From an archaeon (GTDB lineage: Archaea; Iainarchaeota; Iainarchaeia; Iainarchaeales; JAAZKV01): 64,000 bases of DNA. Position numbers and translations under genes: made by a program. Position 1 is the stretch's first letter, and each line of letters starts with the position of its first letter. Under the pieces are notes generated by a model. It worked only from the letters and a program-made list of their open reading frames with translations, did no database searches and was not told the DNA's origin. The stretch is from contig JBAZYC010000001.1 of the NCBI GenBank assembly GCA_041659525.1, forward strand, positions 725,554 through 789,553, read 5' to 3'. Positions 63,135 through 64,000 of the stretch are shown in pieces.

Positions 63135-64000
63135 ATGGTTAGTGCGCAGGCCCCCTGTAGAGGGCAGGTACCCCTAAGGGCGCAGGGTACTATTGAGTAT
63201 TTGGTTATTCTTGCGATTATTGTTGTTATTTCTCTTGTTGTTGTTGGTTTAGTTACAGGGGTAGTGGGTTCGCCTTCTACTCAAATTAATTCTTCAACTG
63301 ACAAGATTGGAAATTTGACTAGTGGTGGAATTACTGTTGTGGAATCTGTTAGTGATTCTAGTGGAGATTCTTTAGTTAAATTGCAAAACAATAGTGGAGA
63401 AACACTGACTCTTGAAAAAGTTATGGTTGGTGAAAATGAAACTACTTTTAATGAACAATTAGTAACTGGGGACAACAAAACTTTTTCTTTGAGTGATTTG
63501 GATTTGAGTTGCCCTTGTACAGATGGTCAGGATAAAGTTTCTTGTAATTTTACATTTTACTTAACTACATCTACTGGACTGCAAAAAAAACAAGTTGTTA
63601 CTGTTAAAACTCAGTGCCAGCCAACAGTGGAAGCAACAAACCCTGCTGAAATAATTGGTTTAGGATCAGGAACTCTTTTGGATCCGTGGATAATAAATTC
63701 TTGTAGTGAATTACAAAATATTAGTCAACATTTAGATGGGAACTATTCACTTGGCGCTGATATAAATTGTTTAGAAACAAGAACTTGGAATGATTTAAAT
63801 GGATTTATTCCAATTGGTGCTAATAGTCCTTTTACAGGAACATTAAATGGGGCAAACAAAACTATTTCAGGATTATATATTAATATTCCGACAACAGACA
63901 AAAATATTGGATTATTTGGATCTACTTCTTCTGCAGCAATAATACAAAATATTGGTTTAATTGATCAAAATGTAATTGGAGTTCAAAGAGTGGGTGGGTT
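63135..64000 (+). CDS. Class III signal-peptide surface protein with GLUG-type/adhesin-like repeats (3'-truncated; absent from the ORF track)
   Basis: Manual translation MVSAQAPCRGQVPLRAQGTIEYLVILAIIVV...GSGTLLDPWIINSCSELQNI...YSLGADI...GFIPIG...FTGTLNG...ISGL...GLFG; open to the window end. Confidence 0.85.
   Translation, partial: MVSAQAPCRGQVPLRAQGTIEYLVILAIIVVISLVVVGLVTGVVGSPSTQINSSTDKIGNLTSGGITVVESVSDSSGDSLVKLQNNSGETLTLEKVMVGENETTFNEQLVTGDNKTFSLSDLDLSCPCTDGQDKVSCNFTFYLTTSTGLQKKQVVTVKTQCQPTVEATNPAEIIGLGSGTLLDPWIINSCSELQNISQHLDGNYSLGADINCLETRTWNDLNGFIPIGANSPFTGTLNGANKTISGLYINIPTTDKNIGLFGSTSSAAIIQNIGLIDQNVIGVQRVGG

Overview
AT-rich archaeal window, most likely from a DPANN lineage (Iainarchaeota/Diapherotrites-like; the taxonomy is inferred from gene content). 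Housekeeping genes include gatA (3' end), gatB, gatE, gatD, deoxyhypusine synthase, homoserine dehydrogenase, ATP-dependent DNA ligase, proS and tRNA-intron endonuclease. The window also holds three tRNAs (Ile-GAT, Gln-TTG, Pro-TGG), an unannotated box C/D guide sRNA and two unrelated histone-fold genes. A type IV pilus-like locus (~43.8-64 kb) carries class III signal-peptide proteins, a 4xLamG adhesin, two TadC-like platforms, an ATPase and KaiC-like proteins. Three things stand out. (1) A 12.7 kb four-gene array (25410-38069) in which ONE PPDK/PEPS-type ATP-grasp domain is followed by EIGHT phospho-histidine swivel domains, each paired with a divergent helical domain. There is no PEP/pyruvate TIM barrel, and histidine phosphatase-like genes flank it: a candidate modular 'one donor, many acceptors' dikinase system with rifampicin-phosphotransferase-like architecture. 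(2) A free-standing LAGLIDADG element inserted in the 5' end of gatB. It leaves a 25-codon gatB stub, supplies a synonymously recoded replacement 5' end, and is preceded by a ~350-nt structured RNA leader that hides two Shine-Dalgarno sites and contains an unannotated 47-aa uORF. (3) Recurrent short arrays of alternating inverted repeats at gene termini, including inside prepilin signal peptides. All calls come from reading motifs by eye; no database searches were run.
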